IMG/VR virus record: IMGVR_UViG_3300017977_000066
Coordinates: 64,001-128,000 of that record
DNA: 64,000 nt
Origin: a virus
Reading direction: 5' to 3' (one strand)
This document shows, piece by piece, positions 11,126 to 21,941 of this stretch (its first letter is position 1; each line of letters opens with the position of its first letter). The translations under genes and the position numbers were made by a program. The notes under the pieces are model-generated. The model had not been told where the DNA came from. It did no database searches and saw only the letters and a program-made list of their open reading frames with translations.

Positions 11126-11224
11126 AGCTAATCCTTATAAACTAATTTTTTCAAAAGATACTCATGACCACACATATCCTTTATGGTTACTACTTCTTAT
11201 AATGAAAATATAAAAGGAGAAAAT

Positions 11225-12634
11225 ATGAATATTAAAGCACCTAACTTAATGTTCTCTAGACCACTTATAAATATAGGGATGCTGTCTGACATACCAACTG
11301 GTTCATTTATAACGGGTCCTAAGGGAGAAAGTATCTTGAATGGAGGTCTTTCAGGAGTTACTGGTATGGTTGGTACTGGTAATAGATTTAAGTCTACACT
11401 AGTTAACTATATGATGTTATCAGCTTCAGATAGGATGTCTGCATCTGGATTAGCAGCACCTATGCATACCTATGACACAGAAGACAACATGAGTCTTAAT
11501 GTGGATAGAATCAATAGTCTAGCAGAGAGATTCGTTAATATACCGGATGACCCACTCTATGACCAAGATGTATGGTCTTATATCTCTAAATCATCTATGA
11601 CAGCTGAAGAGTGGCTTAAACTACTTTATGAAGCTATAAGTAAGAAGATGGAAGATAAGAAACTACTTGTAACATATGACTCTTTTTACGATAGAGTTAT
11701 AAGAGCTAAGACTAAACTAATCAAACCTAGTTTTGTAGCTATAGATAGTTTAACAGAGTTAGAGTCAGCTACTACAGCTAATGTAGTTGTAGATGGTAAT
11801 ATAGAGTCTAGTAATACAGTATTCATGCAACAAGGATTATTTAAGACTAAACTTCTTAAAGATATGCCACGTATGTCTAATAAAGCTAATATCTATTTCT
11901 TCTTAACCGCACACGTTGGTAAAGAGATAGATATGGCTTCTGGTCCTTATGCTCCTAAACCTACAAGATCTCTACAGTTCATTAAGCAAGGAGATAAGAT
12001 AAAAGGTGTTAGTGACAAACTCTATTTCTTAACATCTCATTTGTGGCAATCTGCAGCTTCTAAACCTCTACTGAACCCATCTACTAAAGAACCTGAGTAT
12101 CCTCTTAATGAGAAAGACAATAAAACCGATCTTAACATAGTAAGTCTTATCATGCTTAGATCTAAATCAGGTCCTAGTGGTATAAGTATAGATGTTATAG
12201 TTAGTCAGAAAGAAGGACTATTACCATCGTTATCTGAGTTCCACTACATTAAAACTATGAAGTATGGCTTAGAGGGTAATCTTAGAAGTTATGCATTAGA
12301 GCTATATCCAGAATGTAAGCTTTCTAGAACTACAGTTAGGAAGAAGATAGATGCTGACATTAAGTTAAGAAGAGCTCTTAACATCACAGCAGAGTTATTA
12401 CAGATGACTGTCTATATGAAGCAGTATAGTAAATACTTCTGTACTCCTAAAGAGCTCTATGAGGGTATAAAAAGCAAAGGTTATGATTGGGATGATATCT
12501 TAGAGCATACAAGAGGCTGGTGGACTATCAAGAACTATGATACTGAAACTAAGTTCCTATCCACATTAGACTTATTAAAAATGAATGCTGATGAGTATAA
12601 ACCATTTTGGTTAAAAAATAAGAAAGGAAAATAA
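11225..12634 (+). CDS. uvsX: UvsX/RecA-family recombinase (phiKZ gp152-like)
   Basis: Walker A-like GTGNRFKST, Walker B VAIDSLT, LRSKSGPSG; start moved to ATG 11225 behind an AAGGAG RBS. Confidence 0.8.
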   Translation: MNIKAPNLMFSRPLINIGMLSDIPTGSFITGPKGESILNGGLSGVTGMVGTGNRFKSTLVNYMMLSASDRMSASGLAAPMHTYDTEDNMSLNVDRINSLAERFVNIPDDPLYDQDVWSYISKSSMTAEEWLKLLYEAISKKMEDKKLLVTYDSFYDRVIRAKTKLIKPSFVAIDSLTELESATTANVVVDGNIESSNTVFMQQGLFKTKLLKDMPRMSNKANIYFFLTAHVGKEIDMASGPYAPKPTRSLQFIKQGDKIKGVSDKLYFLTSHLWQSAASKPLLNPSTKEPEYPLNEKDNKTDLNIVSLIMLRSKSGPSGISIDVIVSQKEGLLPSLSEFHYIKTMKYGLEGNLRSYALELYPECKLSRTTVRKKIDADIKLRRALNITAELLQMTVYMKQYSKYFCTPKELYEGIKSKGYDWDDILEHTRGWWTIKNYDTETKFLSTLDLLKMNADEYKPFWLKNKKGK

Positions 12635-13035
12635 TGAGTAAAGAAACAACAGAAGCAGAGTACATGAGACTTAATGATGAGTTATATGATAAGGTAGAGA
12701 AGATCTATTTGGATAATGATGCTAATGGGGAACTTATGTTCAAGTTCCTATCTGCATTAAGAAATAGTAGTGGAGATCTCTTTAATGAACTTATGAAAGA
12801 GCTCTATACTTTAGATAAAGATATAGATAGGCGTAACTCCTCCATGCAGAAGATAACTATAAATAGAGTACTTATTAAATACCTTATGGTTATATCTGTA
12901 TACTCTGGCTTAGATGTTAATGCCGTATTAGTTAACTGTGCTAACGACATCGAAGATGACACCTGGCTTAATGGTGTACTGACTACGGTAGTACCAGTTC
13001 TTTTGAATAATTTAGATTTTAACAAGGAAAAGTGA
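12634..13035 (+). CDS. hypothetical helical protein
   Basis: 133 aa, translationally coupled (TAATG). Confidence 0.7.
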   Translation: MSKETTEAEYMRLNDELYDKVEKIYLDNDANGELMFKFLSALRNSSGDLFNELMKELYTLDKDIDRRNSSMQKITINRVLIKYLMVISVYSGLDVNAVLVNCANDIEDDTWLNGVLTTVVPVLLNNLDFNKEK

Positions 13036-13763
13036 TGGATTTAACATATAAAATAAAGAAGAGTGGCGATAGCAATGCTACTACTGATGCATTAGTAAAT
13101 ATGTCTATAGGTGTTCATTTACCTATATTAACATTAACATCTACGTTTATAGACAGATGTATAGTTCATGAAGATAACGCGCCAAGTAACTCTAGTGATA
13201 ATGTATTATATAACAATGAAACTGGTAATGAACTAGATGTTATCTTAAATGCTTCATTAGGCTATACTACTAACGAAAGTGTATTGACTCTAGATAAAGA
13301 TACTAAGAGATTATATCTAGTACCTGGTATTAATGATATCAAACCCTCTCAGTTCTCTAATAGATCAGTAGTTTTACAATCTATGGCTGTAGGTGCTACT
13401 ACACAACATTATAACTCGGGTGAGAAGATATCTCTAGGTACTGATAGTAGACTTAATGATGTAGTATTTGACTCTAATGTACTAATGCCACTAACTGGTG
13501 CTAAAATAATAACACTAGCTATAAGAGGCATGGATGTTGGTAATGAGACTTTTAACTTAAGACAAGACCTTGCTGGACATAACCATAAAGTAGCATTAGA
13601 TGCTAGATTAGTTTCATTATTAGAACTAGATGTAGTTAACTCTGGTTTAGATATCAGCGAGATGGTTTTATATACTATCTTATCAGATGCTTTTTCTCAT
13701 CAGAGATTAAGATATGTAGGTAAAGATACTACTGTAGATAAAATCTATATCCCTCTCTATTAA
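13032..13763 (+). CDS. hypothetical protein
   Basis: 243 aa, overlaps the upstream stop. Confidence 0.7.
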   Translation: MMDLTYKIKKSGDSNATTDALVNMSIGVHLPILTLTSTFIDRCIVHEDNAPSNSSDNVLYNNETGNELDVILNASLGYTTNESVLTLDKDTKRLYLVPGINDIKPSQFSNRSVVLQSMAVGATTQHYNSGEKISLGTDSRLNDVVFDSNVLMPLTGAKIITLAIRGMDVGNETFNLRQDLAGHNHKVALDARLVSLLELDVVNSGLDISEMVLYTILSDAFSHQRLRYVGKDTTVDKIYIPLY

Positions 13764-13773
13764 GGTTTAGATA

Positions 13774-14439
13774 ATGGCTAAAAGAAAAGCAGCAGAGAAA
13801 TACATCATAGATATGATAACAGAGTTAACCGGTACAGATTTCAATAAGAATCTATATCTTAACTTGTTTAAATCTATGAATGATAAAGAGTTCCATGAGT
13901 TCATGGTTAAGCTTAGAGATGGTGACATATTGAATGTTATAGTACCACATGATAGAGGTGCTACTAAGATATCAGTAGAGCATAACTTCTCTATGTATAA
14001 GAAGCTAGGTAAAGAGTTCTTCCAACACCTTACTTATACCTCTAAAGATAAAGAGACTCCTGATATTAAAAGTAAGTATAAATACTATATGCTTTTATTA
14101 CCATTTAGAAGAACTAAACAAACCCATGAGAAAGGTTTAGCTGTAGCTGAAAATGATAAACAAACTGATGCTTTAACTGGGCAAGCTATTAATGGTAGTA
14201 AAACTACTAAGCTTAACTTTCAAGAGCTTCAGGTATTAAGTGGTATGGGTTTATCTAAATCTGCTTCTGAGCTATTTTCAGATAGAGGTGGTAGTACCTC
14301 AGGTAGAGTACTTAAACAGTCACTTATGAAACATGGTGTAGCCTCTAAAGCTACATTAGATAACTATGATAAAGATGTGCTTTCTACGTCTACACTTAAG
14401 TCATATTTTAATGGCATGCATTTAAAAATTAATCCTTAG
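13774..14439 (+). CDS. virion RNA polymerase beta subunit, C-terminal part (phiKZ gp149-like)
   Basis: 221 aa; RKAAEKYII..LFKSMNDKEFHEFM, DALTGQ..KLNFQELQVL..GL..ELFSDRGG, TLKSYFNGMHL resembling the RpoB C-terminus. Confidence 0.8.
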   Translation: MAKRKAAEKYIIDMITELTGTDFNKNLYLNLFKSMNDKEFHEFMVKLRDGDILNVIVPHDRGATKISVEHNFSMYKKLGKEFFQHLTYTSKDKETPDIKSKYKYYMLLLPFRRTKQTHEKGLAVAENDKQTDALTGQAINGSKTTKLNFQELQVLSGMGLSKSASELFSDRGGSTSGRVLKQSLMKHGVASKATLDNYDKDVLSTSTLKSYFNGMHLKINP

Positions 14440-14464
14440 TACATAGAGACTTCTCTATGTACTA
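14437..14464. terminator. bidirectional hairpin
   Basis: 13-bp stem tagtacatagaga / tctctatgtacta. Confidence 0.65.
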
Positions 14465-14472
14465 GGTGTTAG

Positions 14473-16866
14473 TTATTTTGTTGTCGCTATTATCTCTATT
14501 ATACCACTAACATCTTCAGAGTTATCTCCTACTGTAGCGGTGTTGCTAGTTTGTCTTATATCCAAGCTTACTTGGTCTTCAGTACTACTAACAGTAGATT
14601 CATTTATACCAGCACTTGTAAGTTGGGCACTATATTTTCTCTGTATGATATCTGTCCTACCTGTAACATCATAGCCATTATTGATACCATCATTATTACC
14701 TACTGTATATATAAGACCCTCATTCTTAACATCAGTATGTAATGGATTAGTCATAGTCTTAAGTTCTAAGTCAGTAAAGTTACTATGCTCTAGACCAGGA
14801 CTATATAAAGGATAGTTCCTAGATAATGAGCCGAATACATCATAGCTAGTATTAATGGTCTCCTCTCTAGCAAATAAAGGCATGGGACCAAAAGGTTTAG
14901 TAGTGAGTATATTAAGACTAGTGTTTATGCTAAGTCTATCATCTATAGTATAAGTCTTGTTTAGGACATCGTAGTCGGCTTCTTCGTATATTTTATACTC
15001 TGCATCCTTTATTTCTAGATAAGCCTTATAACCTAGGTTAATGTTATTCTTACAGGCATTTATAACTTTTGTATCTGAGAAATCAATATCCATAAGTAAT
15101 TGTACAGTATAAGAAGTATCTTTATTAAATATGTTTATGATTTTATTATATCTTTCTAATAATTCTTTTAAGCTATCTGTCTCTATATCTACTATGCTAT
15201 TAAGTAAAGGTTCTAATATTACACTATATGTAAATTTATTTAAGAACGAAGTGAGACCATAATCATCTAAGGCCTGCTCTATCTCTGTTATGTTATACTC
15301 CTCTATGTTACTAGAGAATAGATAGTTAGTCATGAGTATAGTATCTTTCTTAGCAGTGTTATCCACTAGGTTACTTATAAGGTACCATACTTTCTTCTCT
15401 ATATATATACACCCATCTATATATTTAGTTAAAGCTTCTTTACTATTTATACCATCGCGGCTACCTACATCAGCTACTAAATAATCAAATATATCACCAT
15501 TATCTAGTTTATACCAAGTAGACAATAGAGTTTCATTCCTATCTATGTTATTGTTAAATACAGCACCATACTTAATAGAGAAGTCATCTCCAGTTAGCTT
15601 GTTTATCTTATATAGTAAATATACTAATAACAATTTAACCTGCTGACCAGATAGATTATATAACATACTATCTACAGGGTTATAGAAATCTATACCATAT
15701 GATATCTTACCATCCGATATAAGACTTATGACATTAGAGATCAAGATGTTAAATAAAGACTCATCTGTTAGCTTTATCTTATTAGGTTTATCTATAATAA
15801 ACATCTTAGTCAGAGTGTTACTTAAGTAGTTATCATTAAGCAAACTCTTATAATATTCATAACTTATAGTCTTATACTCTGGTACGAGACTGTTTAGTTT
15901 AAACAAACTATTAATATCAGCTAGATCATAGTTACTACCTAAGATGTTATAAGCAGATGGGTTAGCTGACTCTATAGTAAGATCTGTAGCCTGGCTAACA
16001 TAAGGTAGGTCTATCTTATCATAGTTCCTGTCTATAGGCTCTAAAGCATTCCTCTTAAACACACCTTTACCTATCCCTATATACTCTTTATTAAATACAT
16101 CAAAAAGTACATTATGAAGGATATGGTTACCACCTACATTATGTTTCATCCTGTTTATATTACCATATAACCAGATATTAGTGCTTAGCTTAAGTATATC
16201 GGTATCATTAGCTAGATACTTATAAGATACCAGATGTAGATCTCTCTGGAATGAATCAGCTTTATTAGTTAGAACATTCTTTAATTTTAAAGATAATACA
16301 TAGTTAAATAAGCTAGTATATAGGATACCTAATAACCCTGGTAAATAAAGCTCATCACTCATATAACCTCTATTACTATAGTTAACCATAACCTTACTTA
16401 TATAAGCTTCTAGCTCTGGTATAAGATATGTTTCATTACTCTCTAATAGTGACATATCATAAGCTAGTATGGTATAGTTCTTACTAACAACAGCTCTATC
16501 TAGTTTTATGTTATAAAGTAAACCTTTTATATAATCAGACATACCAGGATTAAGTCTGATAGTATCCGTATAGTACTTATCGAACTTAAGTAGCTCATCT
16601 CTGATATTACTATTATTATTAAGTAGCTCATCAGTCAGCTCTATTAGATCAGAACCTTGTAACTGGTTTATATAAACTTTAGGATCTAAAATATTTTTCA
16701 TACCAGCGATGTTTTGATAATATTTACTATGTGGCTGTGTTGGCGGTGTTTTATCATACTTAACATAAAATTGATAATCCTGTTGTACTGATATTTCATT
16801 TATCTTAATTACTAAACTATTTATAAATCTTTTTACTGAATTATAATAAACTTGTAATGTTACCAT
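14473..16866 (-). CDS. virion structural/baseplate protein (phiKZ gp128-like)
   Basis: 797 aa, KYYQNIAG motif, divergent from the portal gene as in phiKZ. Confidence 0.6.
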   Translation of the reverse strand: MVTLQVYYNSVKRFINSLVIKINEISVQQDYQFYVKYDKTPPTQPHSKYYQNIAGMKNILDPKVYINQLQGSDLIELTDELLNNNSNIRDELLKFDKYYTDTIRLNPGMSDYIKGLLYNIKLDRAVVSKNYTILAYDMSLLESNETYLIPELEAYISKVMVNYSNRGYMSDELYLPGLLGILYTSLFNYVLSLKLKNVLTNKADSFQRDLHLVSYKYLANDTDILKLSTNIWLYGNINRMKHNVGGNHILHNVLFDVFNKEYIGIGKGVFKRNALEPIDRNYDKIDLPYVSQATDLTIESANPSAYNILGSNYDLADINSLFKLNSLVPEYKTISYEYYKSLLNDNYLSNTLTKMFIIDKPNKIKLTDESLFNILISNVISLISDGKISYGIDFYNPVDSMLYNLSGQQVKLLLVYLLYKINKLTGDDFSIKYGAVFNNNIDRNETLLSTWYKLDNGDIFDYLVADVGSRDGINSKEALTKYIDGCIYIEKKVWYLISNLVDNTAKKDTILMTNYLFSSNIEEYNITEIEQALDDYGLTSFLNKFTYSVILEPLLNSIVDIETDSLKELLERYNKIINIFNKDTSYTVQLLMDIDFSDTKVINACKNNINLGYKAYLEIKDAEYKIYEEADYDVLNKTYTIDDRLSINTSLNILTTKPFGPMPLFAREETINTSYDVFGSLSRNYPLYSPGLEHSNFTDLELKTMTNPLHTDVKNEGLIYTVGNNDGINNGYDVTGRTDIIQRKYSAQLTSAGINESTVSSTEDQVSLDIRQTSNTATVGDNSEDVSGIIEIIATTK

Positions 16867-16910
16867 AATGAACTCCCTAAAGTATTAATTTTTCAAAAAA
16901 AGGAAGAAGC

Positions 16911-19292
16911 ATGCAAAAATCAATAAGTGAACCTAATATGTTCAAGTCTGTTAAGAGAGATCTAGTTACTAAAGCTATAAAATCTGCTAAGAGTAGAGAT
17001 AATAATTTAGACAATAATGTAATAAATAAATATACTGGTTATGCTAATGGTATGGATGAACTCATAGAGAATGTATTAGAGCTATTCCCAGATATAAGTT
17101 TAGCTATAGAGACTATGACTTCATTAGTAGCATCTCCTAATGATATGGATGACCCTAGCTTAACATATAGGCTAGACAACTCTTATCTACCTAGCGATGT
17201 TAAGAATGTTATACTTAACACTATAAGCAAGTATGTAGAGACTGAATATGATATCGTTAGCAAACTAGATGACATCATAACTGAAACAATGTATACTAAA
17301 GGCTCGTATATAGAACTCAACATCCCTCCTAAAAATATAGTAGATATACTAAGCATGATCGACAAGAACCCTAAAGCCGGTGTTGAATCGGCATTTAAGT
17401 CAAGTGCATTCTTAGACTTAGGTATATCTAAAGATGTTGTGGATACAAGATTTAACTTAGAAGTAACTGATAACCATAGCTGCTTATTTACTAGCATGAT
17501 GAATGAGACTAAAGTAAGCTCCATGGTATCATCTGGCCTATATAAAAAAGATGCCAATTTATCAGCTGGTATAGAGAGTTTAAAACTAACTGGACTTAAT
17601 ACAGCAGTTATGGATGCTGGTAACATAGACGGAGATAAGCCTATAGTTAAGAAGATACCTTCTAGTTCTGTTATCCCTATCTCTAGTAAAGATGATAACA
17701 CTAGACACTATGGTTATTTCATAGCTCTAGATGGCGATGGTAAAAGTATCAGTAACTCTAATACTAAATACAGTTTTGATGGTGCTAATGCCTTATTAGA
17801 AGACATCAAGAAGAATGTTAAAGGTGCTAAAGAGAAAGTTCCTGAGCTTAAGAATATGGAAGACATAAAAGAACTTATGTTAGTTCAGAATCTTAAAAAA
17901 TATCTTAATGATTCTATCTATAAAGACTTAGTTTCACTAGACATAGACATAGATGATGATGTTATGTATAACATAGCTACATATGCTCTTAATAAAACAC
18001 CTATTAAGATTATATTTGTACCTAGGGAACTAGTTAGCTACTATGCCATCAACTTCAGAAGTAATGGTACTGGAGAAGCTCTTCTAGAGCGTATCACCAA
18101 CCTAGCTTCTATAAGAGGGATCATACTCTACACTAACTTACTATCTTATATAAAAAGTTCTGTTACTAATACAGAAGTAAAAGTAGATCTAGATCCAGAA
18201 GATCCTAACTTCATCAAAACCTCAGAACAGATCATGGGACAGGTTATGAAAAACCGACAAGTAGAACTTCCTATAGGTATGATGAGAGCAGAAGACTTCG
18301 TAGACTGGACTAGAAAACTTGGTATCTCTTTTAATTTCAAACATCCAGGCTTACCAGATGTTAATATAGATATAAATGAAACTAATACTGAGATAACTCC
18401 TATAGAATCTGATCTTAAAGATACTATAGATAAACAGATAGTTACAGCACTCATGTTACCTCCTGAGATACTAGATGATAACTTCTCTCCTGAGTTCGCA
18501 ACTACCATCATAGCTAATAATAAGCTACTAGCTAAGAGGGTTAAGAAGACACAACGGAAGTTAAATGTTCTTATAACAGAAGATATCAAGAAGAAGCTAT
18601 TGTTAGATGGTAGGCTTAAGAGTGTTATAAGCGATATAATAGTATCTAATAAAGTTAAGATAAAACATAACCTTAAGAAGCTAGATCCTAACATAAATAA
18701 AAATATAGTATCTAAAGTAACTGATGATGTATTAGTAGAGTATGTTTTCACTAACCTATTCAAGAACTTTAGGGTATCATTACCTAAGCCAGAAGTAACT
18801 GATGATTCTAATGTTAATGATATGTTCTCTAATTATACCGATACACTAGATGATGTTATAGATAAGATATTTAGTTCAGACCTATTGAGTAGTGACCTTA
18901 TAGGTGACTTAAGTGATAACCTAGATGTAGCTAAAGATGCTATAAAAGTTACACTCATGAAACGATTCATAGATGAGAACAACATCTTACCAGACCTTAC
19001 TAAGATGCTTAGCCTTAATGAGGATAACGTACCTAACGAGGATCTCTTAACAGAATTCAATACTTATGTAGAAACCGTTAGTAAAACATTATTACCTTTC
19101 ATTAAGGAAAATAATAAGATACGAGATAAGACTGATGATAAGTTAGAGAAAATAGATGAAGAAGATAATAATGATGATAATGATGATAGTGACACAGGCG
19201 ATACTACTGATGACACTAATGACGATGGTACTACCGAGCCTAATGAGGATGAGGGTGAAGAAGAGCCAGATGAAAAAGAACCGACTGAATAG
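16911..19292 (+). CDS. portal protein (phiKZ gp129-like)
   Basis: 793 aa; LELFPDISLAIETMTSLVASPNDM, KIPSSSVIPI..HYGYFIALDGDG, PEFATTIIANNKLL; acidic C-terminal tail. Confidence 0.75.
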   Translation: MQKSISEPNMFKSVKRDLVTKAIKSAKSRDNNLDNNVINKYTGYANGMDELIENVLELFPDISLAIETMTSLVASPNDMDDPSLTYRLDNSYLPSDVKNVILNTISKYVETEYDIVSKLDDIITETMYTKGSYIELNIPPKNIVDILSMIDKNPKAGVESAFKSSAFLDLGISKDVVDTRFNLEVTDNHSCLFTSMMNETKVSSMVSSGLYKKDANLSAGIESLKLTGLNTAVMDAGNIDGDKPIVKKIPSSSVIPISSKDDNTRHYGYFIALDGDGKSISNSNTKYSFDGANALLEDIKKNVKGAKEKVPELKNMEDIKELMLVQNLKKYLNDSIYKDLVSLDIDIDDDVMYNIATYALNKTPIKIIFVPRELVSYYAINFRSNGTGEALLERITNLASIRGIILYTNLLSYIKSSVTNTEVKVDLDPEDPNFIKTSEQIMGQVMKNRQVELPIGMMRAEDFVDWTRKLGISFNFKHPGLPDVNIDINETNTEITPIESDLKDTIDKQIVTALMLPPEILDDNFSPEFATTIIANNKLLAKRVKKTQRKLNVLITEDIKKKLLLDGRLKSVISDIIVSNKVKIKHNLKKLDPNINKNIVSKVTDDVLVEYVFTNLFKNFRVSLPKPEVTDDSNVNDMFSNYTDTLDDVIDKIFSSDLLSSDLIGDLSDNLDVAKDAIKVTLMKRFIDENNILPDLTKMLSLNEDNVPNEDLLTEFNTYVETVSKTLLPFIKENNKIRDKTDDKLEKIDEEDNNDDNDDSDTGDTTDDTNDDGTTEPNEDEGEEEPDEKEPTE

Positions 19293-19297
19293 TGTAA

Positions 19298-19329
19298 ATA
19301 GATAAGATAGTTTATGCTATCTTATCTAT
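19298..19329 (+). terminator. hairpin terminator
   Basis: 13-bp stem atagataagatag / ctatcttatctat. Confidence 0.65.
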
Positions 19330-19330
19330 C

Positions 19331-19377
19331 ATCCATACTTTTTATAACCTTATATTACTTACATGAGCCTAGAGTTA
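19331..19377 (+). promoter_or_regulatory. early promoter, TATATTAC at 19351-19358
   Basis: conserved early motif with its flanks. Confidence 0.75.
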
Positions 19378-19415
19378 TCATACTTTAGCTTTAATAAAAA
19401 AAACAGGAGTAGTAA

Positions 19416-19952
19416 ATGTTACAACCTTTAAAATACGATCAGGTTACTGGACAACCAGTTGTCTTTAGAGATGACCAGACTGGCAGGCTCTATATGTTGG
19501 ATCAAATGGGTAACCCATATGAGATAGACCGTAATGGTAACCCAATGCAGCAGCAACAACAACAAATGCAGATTAACCAGGGATATGGTCATCTGCAACA
19601 AAGACAACAACCAAATATACCGCGTTATAACAATGGCGGCTACAACCAGAACCAAAGTGCTGGTATGGTAGGTTTAGGTAATAGTATACCGCGTACTGAC
19701 ACAAGTGATTTAGTAGGAACTAACTCTCCAGCTTCTTATAGAGGTAGAGAACAAGTTAAAGAACCGGAGACGGTTTTTAACCAACCAGCTAAAGAGCGAC
19801 CTAAGGTAGATGAAAGTAAGAGTCTCATCAACTATGAACCAGAGCCAGGTTCTGAATTAGAACCGCTCATAGATACCAGTGTTAAACACATAGATGTAAT
19901 CGTCAATGATGATGCTAGAACATATAAAATCTTAACAGTTAACAAAGGATAG
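19416..19952 (+). CDS. early protein with Q/N/G-rich low-complexity region
   Basis: 178 aa, poly-Q tract, CAGGAG RBS. Confidence 0.7.
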   Translation: MLQPLKYDQVTGQPVVFRDDQTGRLYMLDQMGNPYEIDRNGNPMQQQQQQMQINQGYGHLQQRQQPNIPRYNNGGYNQNQSAGMVGLGNSIPRTDTSDLVGTNSPASYRGREQVKEPETVFNQPAKERPKVDESKSLINYEPEPGSELEPLIDTSVKHIDVIVNDDARTYKILTVNKG

Positions 19953-19954
19953 TC

Positions 19955-20761
19955 ATGGAAAATTTAGATATTAACGAGGAACCTTTTGAAGTTATAGAAT
20001 CGCCTTTAGAAGTTAACAGTCTTACGGATGCCCGTATTATAGCTAAGTCGTCTTATATCATAGACAACAGAAGTATTATACAGAATGTTATCGTCAAGAA
20101 TGTCAACATGGTAGAGAGAGGTGATCTTCATATAGACCGGATTAGAATTTCTGAGATATTAGTAGGAGATAGAAATCTTCGTAAGCTAAAGACATCTACT
20201 CGTATGGATGTATTCAAGTTCTTTAACATGGAGCTAACTAACTTCATTAATAGGAAGCTTAGGAATACTGTTAGTGATAAAGCTATCAAGCATGGTGTCT
20301 TAAAAAGTAACCCTCCAGGGTTCGATGACTATAGCGATCAGTATGACGATATAGCTAAGATGGCTGTATCTAAATCTAACTATATAGAAAAGAGTATAGC
20401 AAGTTTTGATACTCGTCTATTAACAGCTGGTGATGCTGTTGCTTATGATGAGATACCAGATGGTGTGTTAGCTTTAGAGTCTGGTACTGATATAGACTTC
20501 ATGTACACAGAGTTCATTAACCTGCCAGATCATAACAATGTTACTAAAACAAAGTCTGTGTTAGTAGGTAAAGAGTTAGCCATCAATAACGATGTCGTTA
20601 TCACTACTAGGCCTAATAGTAATAATACATATCATGTAGTAACTAAAGAGCTAGTTGTGGCTACTAATGACACATTCTACATCATAGATAGAACAGTTAA
20701 TGATAATCTAACATTAAGGGAGCTGGACATATTAGAGTTCAATCTCTTAATGATAAAATAA
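19955..20761 (+). CDS. hypothetical early protein
   Basis: 268 aa, operonic with the upstream gene. Confidence 0.7.
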   Translation: MENLDINEEPFEVIESPLEVNSLTDARIIAKSSYIIDNRSIIQNVIVKNVNMVERGDLHIDRIRISEILVGDRNLRKLKTSTRMDVFKFFNMELTNFINRKLRNTVSDKAIKHGVLKSNPPGFDDYSDQYDDIAKMAVSKSNYIEKSIASFDTRLLTAGDAVAYDEIPDGVLALESGTDIDFMYTEFINLPDHNNVTKTKSVLVGKELAINNDVVITTRPNSNNTYHVVTKELVVATNDTFYIIDRTVNDNLTLRELDILEFNLLMIK

Positions 20762-20763
20762 CA

Positions 20764-20795
20764 TATATACATATGGAATGTTCCATATGTATATA
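20764..20795. terminator. bidirectional hairpin
   Basis: 15-bp stem tatatacatatggaa / ttccatatgtatata. Confidence 0.7.
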
Positions 20796-20807
20796 CATTT
20801 CTTTTTT

Positions 20808-21317
20808 TTAGTCTATGATAGGATAGTCTGGCAATGTTAATGGTGTGCCATCTTTCTTAGAAACCATCAATGCCTGCTTACAATCTATGACCCAGTTAAG
20901 TCTTATACCGCATTTAACCAGCTGGCCTACTTGTTCTCTAGTAGCTTCTGACTCATTAAGCATTATATCTGAATACTTAGTACCAGTATAAACAAAACTT
21001 TGTATATAACCTACTACAGTTTTATCAAGATCTACATAACCCTGAGCTTTTAAGATAGGCTCCCAAAAAGATTTATCAGTGTTATCACTATTTTGTTTTG
21101 CTAATGGATAGTTAGTTAATATCCACTCTTGGCAAGCTATATCTTTAAGATAGTTATCATATATAACTTTTATCTCATCATAGGCTGCTTGTATGTCACC
21201 ATCAGTAGGCATGCTTCTAGTATCGTTCCATACTATAGTATCTCCGTTTAGAACAGAGAAGTCAGCATCATACATGATATGTTTTATGGATTCTATTTTT
21301 TGATAAATTTCCATCAT
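20808..21317 (-). CDS. tail fibre assembly/chaperone-like protein (XkdW-like N-terminus)
   Basis: 169 aa; IVWNDTRSMPTDGDIQAAY pattern; follows the lectin-like gene. Confidence 0.45.
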   Translation of the reverse strand: MMEIYQKIESIKHIMYDADFSVLNGDTIVWNDTRSMPTDGDIQAAYDEIKVIYDNYLKDIACQEWILTNYPLAKQNSDNTDKSFWEPILKAQGYVDLDKTVVGYIQSFVYTGTKYSDIMLNESEATREQVGQLVKCGIRLNWVIDCKQALMVSKKDGTPLTLPDYPIID

Positions 21318-21323
21318 AACTCC

Positions 21324-21941
21324 TTATTTAACACGTTTAACACAAAGGTATGTTGTATAGCTATATGCAGCACGACCATCATTGTACCATATAACATTAC
21401 CATCATTATCATAACTTATACCTAGATAGGCATTAGCTTTATAATCACCATTAGGTTCAGTTACGGTAGCTAGATCACTAGCCCACCAAACTTTATTACC
21501 ATCTTTAACCTTCCAACCTTTCTTACCCATATGTTTACTATTTAGAGGAGTACTACTACACCAACCATTAGCTATATAATTAGTAGGACCACCAGGACCG
21601 TCATCTGGGTAATAGATGCCCAACGGACCCATAGCCTTAGGTTTTTTATTAGCTATGAGATATTTTCTAGCATGGTCATACTCATTGCGATCATGTGGAC
21701 AGAATAACTCATAACCGTCATCTATCAGACTTTGATTTATATCATCAGTACTATATCTTAATCTACTACCATTCTCAACAAGTTTGAACTCTGTTATGGT
21801 ACCAGATGCTAATACAGCATTCTTCTCATCTATAGTAGTAGATACTACATTCGGTAATTTATTTAAAACATTATCATATTTCTCTAATAGAGCAGATGTT
21901 TTATTATTAAGATCACTTATGGTTTCAAAAATATCGGCCAT
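21324..21941 (-). CDS. C-type-lectin-like domain protein, putative receptor-binding/tail appendage
   Basis: N-terminal coiled coil, then LFCPHDRNEY, WW..EPNGDY, WYND, YLCVK. Confidence 0.5.
   Translation of the reverse strand: MADIFETISDLNNKTSALLEKYDNVLNKLPNVVSTTIDEKNAVLASGTITEFKLVENGSRLRYSTDDINQSLIDDGYELFCPHDRNEYDHARKYLIANKKPKAMGPLGIYYPDDGPGGPTNYIANGWCSSTPLNSKHMGKKGWKVKDGNKVWWASDLATVTEPNGDYKANAYLGISYDNDGNVIWYNDGRAAYSYTTYLCVKRVK

Noticed and set aside
21324-21941. Diversity-generating retroelement target
   Set aside because: No reverse transcriptase or template/variable repeat pair was seen in the window
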